Of a stretch of 64,000 bases of DNA, positions 42,642-52,249 are shown one piece after another. Under the pieces are notes generated by a model. The model saw only the letters and a program-made list of their open reading frames with translations. It had not been told where the DNA came from and made no database searches. The first letter of the stretch is position 1. Each line of letters starts with the position of its first letter. This DNA comes from Truepera sp. (GTDB lineage: Bacteria; Deinococcota; Deinococci; Deinococcales; Trueperaceae): assembly GCA_965218435.1 (NCBI GenBank), contig CBDCKW010000009.1:800001-864000 (forward strand). Direction: 5' to 3'. The position numbers were made by a program, and so were the translations under genes.

Positions 42642-42749
42642 TTGACATAACTTTAGTTATAATCTAAGCTTGAAGTCGAGGCTTGCCGATTCAAGACCAA
42701 AGGGTTACAAAGTAGCAAAAGGCAGGGCGCAGGTTATAACTTTTGTTAT
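42642..42749 (+). promoter_or_regulatory. Promoter with two palindromic operators
   Basis: TTGACA (42642), 17 bp, TAAGCT (42665); ATAACTTTAGTTAT (42647-42660) and ATAACTTTTGTTAT (42736-42749). Confidence 0.7.
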
Positions 42750-42761
42750 GGTTAGGAGGGA

Positions 42762-42995
42762 ATGGTGAGTGAGGTGATTGTAGCGGCGCTGATTACGGGC
42801 GGGTTGGGCTTTTTGGGCGTTGTCCTCACACTTTTGCGTCGGCAAGTAGACGAACGCGAGCGGGCGCGGCTACACACTGAACTTAGTGACGCTCAGGCTA
42901 CGCTCGAGCGACTGCGCGGGGAAACCGAACGGTATAAAGCGGCGTATCTAGGACTTTTAGAGCTTACGCAAGAATTGTTGGAAAAGGTCGGCTGA
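42762..42995 (+). CDS. Small single-TM coiled-coil protein
   Basis: AGGAGG SD; hydrophobic N-terminus VIVAALITGGLGFLGVVLTLL, then an E/R/L-rich helix. Confidence 0.75.
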   Translation: MVSEVIVAALITGGLGFLGVVLTLLRRQVDERERARLHTELSDAQATLERLRGETERYKAAYLGLLELTQELLEKVG

Positions 42996-43378
42996 CAGGC
43001 TCTGGCTCGGGTACAGAGTCTGCGCTTACTAGCCACATGAAGGTGCCCCAAATTGTGTGCGAGGCGTGAACACTACGTCTCCGACAAGTTTTTCGCCTGA
43101 CACAAGTTGGGGTACACCGCTATTGACAAACGCCGCCTTAATAAACGCCGCTAGGTAGCTTGGTGCCGGGTTCATGGATGAAGGGCAGGTGACGCGTACG
43201 GACCCGGGTGGCACGCGCAGACCTGTAGCCCAGTTCGCTGGCATAGTCCATAGGTGCAGTCCACCCGCCGGTTACCCGGCAGTTGTGTAGGGGTGAGCCG
43301 GGTTTGAGAAGCACGTTCGTGTCAAGCTTAAGGGCGTGCTTTTAGACGGTTTTGCCGCTTACTTTAGGGAGGTTTCCG

Positions 43379-43807
43379 GTGCTTGTACCCGTTAGATTAC
43401 GGCTCACCTTTACACTTTTGGCTTTGGTGCTCGCGTTTAGCTTCGCTGCGCCGCCTGCACCGGGAACGCTCGGCGCACGTTTGGCGTTAGAGGGTGCGCC
43501 GGGGTTTACGGTTACTCTCAAAGAGAGTGACGCACTTACCGCCCGCTACAGCGTCAGCGTACCCGAAGACGTCCCGGCCGCTGCAAAAGCAGTGACAGCG
43601 TATTTAGTCACGCAGGGTTGGCTTTCGCATCCTAACGTCAGCGAAGCACCCGCTCCCAAACCGGGTGTGGTGCAGCGTCTCGACAGTTTCGTTCAGGGAA
43701 GCGACCTGTTAGAATTGCGTACCGTAAAGGTTGGGCAGGGCGCAGTGACGCTCAAGCTGACGCTGATCTCGCTCGAGGCTCCTCCGCAAGTTGCGGCTGC
43801 GCCGTAG
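43379..43807 (+). CDS. Hypothetical secreted protein
   Basis: GGAGG SD before GTG 43379; signal-peptide-like N-terminus. Confidence 0.6.
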   Translation: MLVPVRLRLTFTLLALVLAFSFAAPPAPGTLGARLALEGAPGFTVTLKESDALTARYSVSVPEDVPAAAKAVTAYLVTQGWLSHPNVSEAPAPKPGVVQRLDSFVQGSDLLELRTVKVGQGAVTLKLTLISLEAPPQVAAAP

Positions 43808-43911
43808 TCCTTTACGAGAGTACTAGTAAAAGTCGTTTGGGGTAAACTTGCTAAGGTTAAGCAACGACGGCTACGCTACTAAACCCACCTGACCCGAAGA
43901 AAGGTACTAAG

Positions 43912-45942
43912 ATGAATCCATTTCTCTCTCGAGCGGCGCGAATCCCCTTTGCGGAGATGACGCCGGCAGCCGCCCTACCGGCGATTGACGAGGCGCTGGC
44001 GCAGGCGCAGCGCGACTTAGAGACGCTTACCGCGTCGCCTGAACGTAGTTTCGATACGATTTTGGCGCTCGACAATTTGACCGAACGCTTAGAGCGCCCG
44101 ATGGGGTTCGTGTCGCACTTGACCTCGGTTAAAGACTCGCCTGAACTGCGTGACGTGTTTAATCAGGTGTTGCCGCGCTACACCGCCTTTATGACGCGTT
44201 TGGGGCTCAACGCCGAGCTGTGGCAGGTGGTCAAAGAGGCCGCTGAAATGCCGACGTCGCAGGCGCTGACCGGCGTTTACAAACGCCATTTAGACAAAAC
44301 CGTGCAAGAGTTCGTTCGGGCCGGGGCCGATTTATCCGAAAAAGACAAAGCCCGCGTCGAAGAGGTCAACATCGAACTCTCTAAGCTCTCGCAAAAGTTT
44401 TCTGAAAACGTCCTCGACGCCACCAACGCGTTTGAACTGCTCGTGACCGACGAAGCTGAGCTGGCCGGGTTACCCGAGTCAGCCTTAAAACTCGCCAAAG
44501 CCAGCGCTGAGGCCAAGGGGCAAGAAGGCTGGCGGTTGACGCTCCAGTTTCCGTCGTACTACCCGGTCATGACCTACGCGGAAAACCGGGCGTTACGCGA
44601 GTGCATGTACCGCGCCTATACGAGCCGCGCCGGAAGCGGTGAGTTTGACAACCGTGAGCTGATGGTTCGGATTTTGGAGCTGCGCCGCGAACGTGCTGAG
44701 TTATTGGGCTTCAAGACGCACGCGGATTATGTGTTGGAGCCCCGTATGGTCAGCACCGGCGACGAGGCTTTGACCTTTGTCCGCGACCTTGCCGAGCGCA
44801 CCCGGCCCTACTGGAACGACGAAGTAAAGGCGTTAGAAGCGTTTGCCGAGACGTTGGGCCTTAGTGATTTGGGACCGTGGGATGTGTCGTTCGTCGCTGA
44901 GAAGTTGCGGCAGCAAAACTATGATTTTGACGAAGAGGCGCTCCGCCCGTATTTCCCGCTAAACGGCGTGTTAGACGGGCTTTTTGGAATTACTCAAGAT
45001 ACCTTCGGTGTTACGGTGACGCGCCGCGACAATCCCGAAGTGTGGCATAAAGACGTTGAATACTATGACCTACACGACGAAGCAGGAACGCACCTCGGGT
45101 CGTTTTACGCTGACTGGTTTCCCCGTGAAGACAAACGCGGTGGCGCGTGGATGAACGGTCTGATTACCGGTGGGCCGACGCCTGAAGGTTCTACCGGCGG
45201 TTTTGAGCCGCATATCGGTCTTATCTCGTGTAACTTTTCGCCGCCTGAAGGTGAGCAACCGGCGCTCCTGACCCACGGTGAAGTTGAAACTATCTTTCAC
45301 GAGTTCGGCCACCTCTTGCATCACTGCCTGAGCCGCGTCGAGATTCCAGCCCGGAGTGGCACGAGCGTCGCCTGGGATTTTGTCGAGCTGCCGAGTCAGA
45401 TTATGGAAAACTGGTGTTGGGAAGAGCCCGCATTAGACCGTTTCGCTCGCCATGTTGAAACCGGTGAAAAGGTTCCACACGAGTTATTCGAGAAAATGCG
45501 GGCAGCTCGAACCTTTATGGGCGCGAACATGCAGATGCGCCAGCTCTCACTTGCGACTGCCGACCTGACGCTCCACACGGCCTACAATCCCCAAACCGAC
45601 GGTGACGTGGTGGCGTACACACAGCGGGTGACAGAACCCTTTGCGATTCGTCCGGAATTCGCGCACAACAGCTTCGTGACGGCTTTTTCGCATATCTTTT
45701 CGGGCGGGTATTCAGCGGGCTACTACTCGTACAAGTGGGCCGAAGTCTTAGACGCCGACGCCTTTACGCGCTTTCAAAACGAAGGGCTCTTTAACCCCGA
45801 CACGGGCCGCGCGTATGTGGACACGATCCTCTCGAGAGGTGACAGCGACGCACCCGAAGTGTTGTTCCGCGACTTTATGGGGCGTGATCCCGATCAGGCG
45901 GCGCTCTTACGGCGGAACCTTGGAATTGATGAGGCCGCGTAA
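43912..45942 (+). CDS. prlC: Oligopeptidase A (M3A)
   Basis: KRGGAWM, FHEFGHLLH, WDFVELPSQIMENW, GYSAGYYSYKWAEVL. Confidence 0.92.
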   Translation: MNPFLSRAARIPFAEMTPAAALPAIDEALAQAQRDLETLTASPERSFDTILALDNLTERLERPMGFVSHLTSVKDSPELRDVFNQVLPRYTAFMTRLGLNAELWQVVKEAAEMPTSQALTGVYKRHLDKTVQEFVRAGADLSEKDKARVEEVNIELSKLSQKFSENVLDATNAFELLVTDEAELAGLPESALKLAKASAEAKGQEGWRLTLQFPSYYPVMTYAENRALRECMYRAYTSRAGSGEFDNRELMVRILELRRERAELLGFKTHADYVLEPRMVSTGDEALTFVRDLAERTRPYWNDEVKALEAFAETLGLSDLGPWDVSFVAEKLRQQNYDFDEEALRPYFPLNGVLDGLFGITQDTFGVTVTRRDNPEVWHKDVEYYDLHDEAGTHLGSFYADWFPREDKRGGAWMNGLITGGPTPEGSTGGFEPHIGLISCNFSPPEGEQPALLTHGEVETIFHEFGHLLHHCLSRVEIPARSGTSVAWDFVELPSQIMENWCWEEPALDRFARHVETGEKVPHELFEKMRAARTFMGANMQMRQLSLATADLTLHTAYNPQTDGDVVAYTQRVTEPFAIRPEFAHNSFVTAFSHIFSGGYSAGYYSYKWAEVLDADAFTRFQNEGLFNPDTGRAYVDTILSRGDSDAPEVLFRDFMGRDPDQAALLRRNLGIDEAA

Positions 45943-46005
45943 ATACATACAACCAAGTTGAGGAGGCTCGAGTCACAATCGTTAAGCTGTATTAAGCTGT
46001 TCGCT

Positions 46006-46593
46006 ATGGACTCGAGCCTTCACAACGGTGATAACCAGACCTTCGCAGATTTGGCGCTTAAAGAGAGGGCGTTGGGGGACGCCACCTTTTACGACTGCCG
46101 CTTTGAACGCTGCGACTTTAGTAGCGCGAGTTTCAAACGTTCACGCTTTGTCGGTTGCACCTTTTCGCACTGCGACCTGAGCCTTGCCAACCTGACCGAC
46201 ACTGATCTGAGCGACGTGCGTTTTGAACACACGGCGCTCGTCGGCGTAAACTTTTCGCTGTTGTCACAGACGAGTTTGGGACCGCTCGAGCTGACCTTCG
46301 ACACTTGTACCCTGACCTACGCGGTGTTTAAGGGTCTTGACCTAAGCGGTTGCAGCTTGACGGACTGTGCTGCACGCGAAGCGGTTTTGGACGGCGTAGA
46401 CCTGAGCCGCGCCGAACTGTGCGGGACGGATTTTGACGGTGCAGTCTTTAGAGCGTGCGATCTATCGGGTGCCGATCTCCAGGGAGCGCACGGTTATCAA
46501 ATCAGCGTCAAACAAAATCAGGTTAGAGGACTCAAAGTATCGTTCCCTGAAGCGTTGGGGCTGCTCTCGGGACTCGAGGTCAGCATCAGCTGA
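46006..46593 (+). CDS. Pentapeptide repeat protein
   Basis: CRFERCDFSSASFKRSRFVGCTFSHCDLSLANL...; start ATG 46006 (TAAGCT 7 nt upstream). Confidence 0.88.
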   Translation: MDSSLHNGDNQTFADLALKERALGDATFYDCRFERCDFSSASFKRSRFVGCTFSHCDLSLANLTDTDLSDVRFEHTALVGVNFSLLSQTSLGPLELTFDTCTLTYAVFKGLDLSGCSLTDCAAREAVLDGVDLSRAELCGTDFDGAVFRACDLSGADLQGAHGYQISVKQNQVRGLKVSFPEALGLLSGLEVSIS

Positions 46594-46617
46594 TCACATC
46601 AATCCTGATGATATAAA

Positions 46618-47229
46618 TCAGGGTCTACGCCGTGTTCGCGTTACCAGCAGCGCGGTGACGCCGAGTAATCCAGCGAGTATAACCAAACCCGTTACGGCGA
46701 TCTGGCCGTAACTCTGCTCATTTGCGTTCAAAAAGGGGTATGGATACCAACCGACGATGGAGCCGCGAATCAAGCTGTACGCCACATAAGCGAGAGGAAA
46801 AAGCAGCCACACGAGCGCCTGCCCGAAGGCGATACGCCTTTTCGGTGGCACAATCAACCAGTCTGCTAAGAGCGCCAGCGGCATGACGTAGTGCAACACG
46901 GTATTAATCCACGGGACGGGCGTTTGTAAGGACGCCTCGAGGCCGCGCAGCAGCAAAAAATAGATGATGCCGGTCGTTGTCATGTAAAGTGTCGCTGCGC
47001 CGCGGAGCAGGGCAAAACGGCCCGGATCGGCTGAACGCAGTGCTCCAACTCCGGCCAGGAGCAAAACAAACGCCCCGATGAGGTTACTCTCGATAGTGAA
47101 AAAGCTAAAAAAGTTGGCGACGACGAAGGTCTCTCGTTGTAATCCGAGTGCAAGCTGGGTCCCAACTGCGGCGAGCGCGAGCAGTGCGAAAGCCAACCGA
47201 ACAGCGCCGAGAATGCGGGAGCGGGTCAT
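46618..47229 (-). CDS. Pr6Pr-family membrane protein
   Basis: NFFSFFTIESN, LHYVMP, YSLIRG..VGWYPYPFL. Confidence 0.85.
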   Translation of the reverse strand: MTRSRILGAVRLAFALLALAAVGTQLALGLQRETFVVANFFSFFTIESNLIGAFVLLLAGVGALRSADPGRFALLRGAATLYMTTTGIIYFLLLRGLEASLQTPVPWINTVLHYVMPLALLADWLIVPPKRRIAFGQALVWLLFPLAYVAYSLIRGSIVGWYPYPFLNANEQSYGQIAVTGLVILAGLLGVTALLVTRTRRRP

Positions 47230-47684
47230 GACTTTATCATAGGCTTGTGCGTTGTAAAGATGGGGTAGACGCCTCTAAAAGCTTGACTGTATTTCGGGAT
47301 CGGTAAGCGGCAGCAGCAAAGGCGCGGCCTCGGGCGTCGTTAGCAACCGCTCGAGCGCTCCTACTGCAACCGGGTCAACGCCGCTCCCGGCGTCGCGGTA
47401 CAACATCTCCAGGGCTGTTTCAGGACTTAAACCCGCACGGTAGGGTCTCGCGGCGGTGAGTGCTTCAAATTGGTCGGCAACCGAGAGCACACGGACCTCG
47501 AAAGCTAACGTGGTTGCTGAAACTGCGCGGTAGTAGCCGCGCCCGTCGAGGCGTTCGTGGTGCGCCCCCGCGAGCGCAGCGAGTTCTTGAAACGGCCCGA
47601 CCCGTGACAAGATCAGCTCGCTGTAGGCCGGGTGGCGTTTGATGGTGGCAAACTCCGTCGCGGTGAGTTTGCCCCGTTTATCTA

Positions 47685-48558
47685 ACCATTGGTGCTAGTT
47701 CATAGGGAGAACTCAGCAATGCTCATTCTGAAGGGTCAGTTTCAGGATGGAGCTTGTGAAAAAGACGTAGAAGTACGTTGAACATGGCGGTAACGAAGAC
47801 CAAGCGCATCTCGATGTAAGCGGCTAAGCGGTGCCAGATACGTTTGAGGTCACAAACAGTTGTCACCATAGAGAGTGCTGTTTCCACCACCATGCGTTCA
47901 TTCCAGGTCCCCTTGGCACAGAGTTTGAGATTTTCAGGTACGCCCTTGGCAGCTCTGAAACCCAAGTCCGAGAGCACGATGGTCTGCCCGTCGAAGCACT
48001 CAATCAGTGGGTGAAACGTCTGGTCGTGCTCGTTCATCCCTGCCCAGTCCCAGCCGACCACCTGACCCAGGTCATTCAAGAACCAACAGAACTTGATGCC
48101 TACGCTCCACCTCCCCTTGTCTCTGCCTTTCTTGCCTACTTGCTGCTCGCTCCATCCTTGGCGGATGGGGAAGAGCAGTTCGATGGGATAAGAGTCGACT
48201 ACCGTGAAAAAGCTCGGTTTGGCAAGCAATGCCTCACACGAATCCTGATGTGCCCGGAGCAAACGCTGCAAACGTGAACGCTCAGGAAGTCCAGCAAACA
48301 GATCATCATAGTCGCGCTTGAGCCAACGGTAGAAGGCCCGAAACCCTCTGCCTTTGAGGGCGAACAAGATGCCGATAGTCACAAGTTCGCTCGGATACAG
48401 TTTAGCTTGGGGGTGCTTGGCAAGTTTAGGCATAGTGTCATCGACTTCCATAAAGATACGGATGATAATGTCCTCGGTGGTCATAGGTGCTCCTCCTGTG
48501 TTTGTCGCTATTCACAGTTTCAGAGTTCTCTATGACCGCTTCAACTAGCACCATTGGT
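47685..48558 (-). mobile_element. IS982-family insertion sequence (874 bp)
   Basis: Terminal IRs ACCATTGGTGCTAGTT / ACCAATGGTGCTAGTT; TATCTA duplicated at 47679-47684 and 48559-48564; excision restores the HD-GYP frame. Confidence 0.88.
47723..48484 (-). CDS. IS982-family DDE transposase, probable 1-nt deletion near the C-terminus
   Basis: LYPSELVTI, LPERSRLQR, VVDSYP, LSDLGF, ERMVVET; an alternative frame FRMSIAEFSL* ends at the TIR. Confidence 0.8.
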   Translation of the reverse strand: MTTEDIIIRIFMEVDDTMPKLAKHPQAKLYPSELVTIGILFALKGRGFRAFYRWLKRDYDDLFAGLPERSRLQRLLRAHQDSCEALLAKPSFFTVVDSYPIELLFPIRQGWSEQQVGKKGRDKGRWSVGIKFCWFLNDLGQVVGWDWAGMNEHDQTFHPLIECFDGQTIVLSDLGFRAAKGVPENLKLCAKGTWNERMVVETALSMVTTVCDLKRIWHRLAAYIEMRLVFVTAMFNVLLRLFHKLHPETDPSE

Positions 48559-49936
48559 TATCTAACACGAGGTTTGACACGCCCAACTTGCCGATGTCGT
48601 GCAGGAGCGCCCCCCGCGACAGCCGACGGAGCTGCGCTTCGGAGAAGGCTGCGTCGCCGCTAAGCTGTCCGGCTGCGCCGAGCGCAAACTGCTGCACCCG
48701 TTCGGAGTGCCGGTACGTCCACGGCGATTTGGCGTCGATCACGCGGGCAAACGCCTCGGCGATCAGGTCGAGCTGTTTGTCGTTGGTAGGCAAAACCTGT
48801 CACGGGGCTCGAGCGCCTTGACGCGGGCCTCGAGGCCGGTGTGTTCCAAACTTTCCCAAAAGCTAGAGTGCGCCTGCACTCGGCCAAAAGCCGTCACGAC
48901 CTCCGGGTCAAACCAACTGCCCGAACGCGCCAGGGCAACCTGCCACGCTGCTTCGGGGTCTTCGCTCGTATAAAAAACTTCGGCGGTTTGTGCCAGACAC
49001 AACATCCGGCTTAGAAGCGGGATACGCTCGCCCTCAAGTTTATACGGATGGCCGTTGCCGTTCCAGTGCTCGTCCAGAGCGCGAATCGCCGCCGCTGTAC
49101 CTTCGGAAAACCCCATCTGCCGCGCGATGTCGGCTCCGCGTTCGCAGCGGACTTGAGTCAGGGCGGTGTGCCCGCCGCGCCGCCCCAAACCCACGTCGAG
49201 CACGTGTTTAAGCCGCCGGTGCAGCGGCGCGGCGCTCCCGGCGTTAGCGAGCACAAACGGTGTCCCCTCCTTGTAGTTGTCGAGATTGACGCGCTTAAAG
49301 GCCCGTTTGACCTGAAAATCGTCCGCGCCGAAGATGTGGCCGCGTTGCTCGAGCACCCCAAATCTTTTAACAGAAGCGCGTAGTAAAGGTCAGACAGGTC
49401 TTGCGTCCCTAAGCCCAGCTCCTCACCTATCGCCATTCCAATTAAGCAGCTCCGCAGCGCGTGACCTTCGGGTTGCCCTTCGGTCAGGTCGAGCGCGTAG
49501 GTCATCGCGGCGACGACTTCAGAGAGCCGCAGCGTTCCCGACCTCGGCACCACTATAGGCCGCTGTGCGGGAAGGTAGAGGAGTATAAGGTAGGTCCATA
49601 GTAAGCGCAGTCCGCCGGTACTAAAGCGAGTATGACAAAAACACACGCACAAAAATCTTACTTTTGTAGCTTAAAGCTAACCGCACTCATCTACCTGGTA
49701 TTTGCATCCTTTGGTGTGTGTAAACCATCGTTTAGGTTGCAAAACACGCTGAGAGCTGGCTGTCAGAGTCTCTGCTTACTCGTCTGGTTTTTGTAAGGCT
49801 CGAGCGTAGCTGCCGGGTATCAAGCTCTGTGGCGGCTCGAGCCACCCATTACACCCACCTTGCGCTCAGGCACGTAAACTAACGCTATGTTCCGAGCCTA
49901 CTCTGACCGTAGTCCTCTTTTCCGTGTAGGTAAACG

Positions 49937-50812
49937 TTGACCCTTTCGACCTCAGTACGGGCCAAGGCTCAGGCACATCTGTCGCTCGCCCGCATCTCAA
50001 ACGCGCCTACAGTCGTGAGCAACGTTCTGGCTGGCGCGGCACTGGCGAGTGTCGCCGCGCCCGTGACGCTGACTGGTGTGGTGCTGCTCGCTCTAGCACT
50101 GGTGCTCTACTACACCGCCGGGATGTACCTGAACGATTTGTTTGACTTAGAGCTTGACCGTCGTGAGCGCCCCGAACGCCCCCTTCCTGCGGGTCACCTG
50201 AGCAAAAACGAAGCTTTGGGCGCAGCGGTTTTCCTCTTTAGCATTGGGACGTTCTGCCTATCGCTGTTGGGAACGGCCCCGCTCGTTAGCGGCCTGATTT
50301 TAGTGGCTTTAATCGTCCTTTACGACGCGTGGCACAAGACCAATCCGCTCAGCCCCACGTTAATGGCGAGTACCCGGATGATGGTTTACATCACAGCGTT
50401 TGTGGCGTTCTCCCCAGTGCTTACCTTCGCGCTGATTTTTTGGGCGCTGCTGCTCGGTCTTTATATCGTCGGTCTGACCTATATCGCCAAAACTGAAACC
50501 GACAGCTTGACCGGGTATTGGCCTGCGGCGCTCCTTTATCTGCCTGCGCTTATCGGCGCACTTGCCCTACCCTGGGCTGGGTTTTGGCTCCCACTCGTGC
50601 TGGCACTCTGGGTCACCTACAGCGCGTCGTTTGTCTATTTGTCGCGGCAGGTCGGGCAAGCGATCGGTCAGCTGATTGCGGGCGTATCTCTTTTGGACGC
50701 GCTCGTGATTTTGCTCTTCGGCACACTTTCCGGCACTGTGGGCGGCGTGGTCTGGGCGCTTGTGGCGTTTGGGCTGACGCTCTTTTTACAACGCTATATT
50801 CGCGGGACCTGA
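49937..50812 (+). CDS. UbiA-family prenyltransferase (EboC-like)
   Basis: LARISNAPTV, GMYLNDLFDLELDRRERPERPLPAG, YDAWHK. Confidence 0.85.
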   Translation: MTLSTSVRAKAQAHLSLARISNAPTVVSNVLAGAALASVAAPVTLTGVVLLALALVLYYTAGMYLNDLFDLELDRRERPERPLPAGHLSKNEALGAAVFLFSIGTFCLSLLGTAPLVSGLILVALIVLYDAWHKTNPLSPTLMASTRMMVYITAFVAFSPVLTFALIFWALLLGLYIVGLTYIAKTETDSLTGYWPAALLYLPALIGALALPWAGFWLPLVLALWVTYSASFVYLSRQVGQAIGQLIAGVSLLDALVILLFGTLSGTVGGVVWALVAFGLTLFLQRYIRGT

Positions 50813-50833
50813 ACGCGCTAAAAGGAGTTGAAA

Positions 50834-52249
50834 ATGCAAAAAACAGTTGTCTTAAACGTCGTTGGGCTCACCCCTGAACTGATCGGGGAACATACCCCGA
50901 AGATCAAAAAGTTTACCGAACGGGGAGAGCTCGCTACGATTAAAGAGGTGGTTCCGGCCGTGACCTCGAGTGCCCACGCCACCTACTTGACCGGCACCTT
51001 ACCGAACGAACACGGCATCGTCGGCAACGGTTGGTACTTCCGTGACGAATGCGACGTGCGTTTCTGGCACCGTTCGGACCGGCTCATTCAGCGGCCCCGG
51101 TTGTGGGACGTAGCGAGGGCTTACGACCCGGATTTTACGGTAGCCAACCTGCACTGGCGGTACGCGACCTATTCGTCGGCGGATTACGCGGTTATCGAGC
51201 GCCCGATGTACCCGGCTGACGGGCGCAAGCTGCCTGACATCTACGCGTGGCCGCACGATTTGCGCGGTGAACTGATTCAAGAACTCGGCGAGTTTCCGCT
51301 GTTTAACTTTTGGGGACCGAACAGCAGCATCAAAGGGAGCCGCTGGATTGCGGACGCGGCCAAAGTCGTTGATACGCGCCACGACCCGACGCTGACGCTC
51401 GTCTATCTGCCGCATTTGGATTACGGCTTGCAGCGATTTGGGCCGGACATCTCTAAAGTGGCCCAGGATTTACGCGACATCGACGCAGTGACCGGCGACC
51501 TGATCGACTTTTACGAGGCGAAGGGCGCACAGGTGACGCTGGTCTCGGAGTACGGCATTGATTTTGTAGCCAAACCTGTTCACTTAAACCGCGTGCTCCG
51601 CGAACACGGCTTGGTCAGCATCCGTGAAGAGCTGGGGTTGGAACAGCTTAACTTCGGCATGAGTGAGGCGTTTGCGGTGGCTGACCACCAAATTGCGCAT
51701 GTGTATGTGAACAATCCCGATAAGTTAAGTCAAGTGCGGGGGCTGCTCGAGTCCACTCCCGGCGTCGGCGAAGTTTTAGACCGCGCAGGGCAGAAGAAGT
51801 ACGGTTTAGATCATCCTCGAGCAGGTGACCTCGTAGCTCTGGCTGAACCGGACGCGTGGTTTACCTATTACTACTGGCAAGACGACCGAAAAGCCCCCGA
51901 CTTTGCCCGCACCGTAGACATCCACCGCAAACCCGGTTACGACCCTGCCGAACTCTTCATGAATCCCGAACTCAAAAATCCTAAGCTCAAAGCGGCTGGC
52001 GTTTTAGCGAAGAAAAAGCTGGGCTTTCGCTACCTGATGGACGTGATCGGCCTTGACGCAACGCTTGTGAAGGGTTCGCATGGTTTGCGGAGCCGTACAC
52101 CAACCAAAGCGCCGGTCTTTGTCACGCAGCAGGCGCAGTATTTACAAGGCAAGCAGATCGAAGCGACCGACGTGTTCGAGCTTATCCTCAACCATTTAGG
52201 CGTTGCTGAACCGCTGTTAGAGCGCAAGATGCAGGTCGTGAGCAGTTAG
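50834..52249 (+). CDS. Nucleotide pyrophosphatase/phosphodiesterase (EboF-like)
   Basis: VLNVVGLT, PAVT, HGIVGNGWYFR, YLPHLDY.LQRFGP, DFARTVDIHRKPGYDP.EL, VKGSHG; AAGGAG SD. Confidence 0.85.
   Translation: MQKTVVLNVVGLTPELIGEHTPKIKKFTERGELATIKEVVPAVTSSAHATYLTGTLPNEHGIVGNGWYFRDECDVRFWHRSDRLIQRPRLWDVARAYDPDFTVANLHWRYATYSSADYAVIERPMYPADGRKLPDIYAWPHDLRGELIQELGEFPLFNFWGPNSSIKGSRWIADAAKVVDTRHDPTLTLVYLPHLDYGLQRFGPDISKVAQDLRDIDAVTGDLIDFYEAKGAQVTLVSEYGIDFVAKPVHLNRVLREHGLVSIREELGLEQLNFGMSEAFAVADHQIAHVYVNNPDKLSQVRGLLESTPGVGEVLDRAGQKKYGLDHPRAGDLVALAEPDAWFTYYYWQDDRKAPDFARTVDIHRKPGYDPAELFMNPELKNPKLKAAGVLAKKKLGFRYLMDVIGLDATLVKGSHGLRSRTPTKAPVFVTQQAQYLQGKQIEATDVFELILNHLGVAEPLLERKMQVVSS

Larger units (their letters stand above)
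47275..49553 (-). pseudogene. Double-domain HD-GYP phosphodiesterase with two frameshifts and an IS insertion
   Basis: Fragments in order: ALDLTEGQPEGHALRSC / DEHWNGNGHPY..GERIPLLSR / IDAKSPWTYRHSERV..LLHDIGKLGVSNLVLD [IS] KRGKLT..HP..HHERLDGRGY..ADQFEALTAARPYR; frameshifts near 49340 and 48797. Confidence 0.88.

Noticed and set aside
42642..42663. TTGACA...TATAAT as a perfect consensus promoter
   Set aside because: Spacing is only 10 bp; TAAGCT at 17 bp is the plausible -10, and TATAAT overlaps the operator.
43029..43244. 71-aa minus-strand ORF or possible ncRNA after the membrane microprotein
   Set aside because: No SD or leaderless signal, no motif and no convincing structure.
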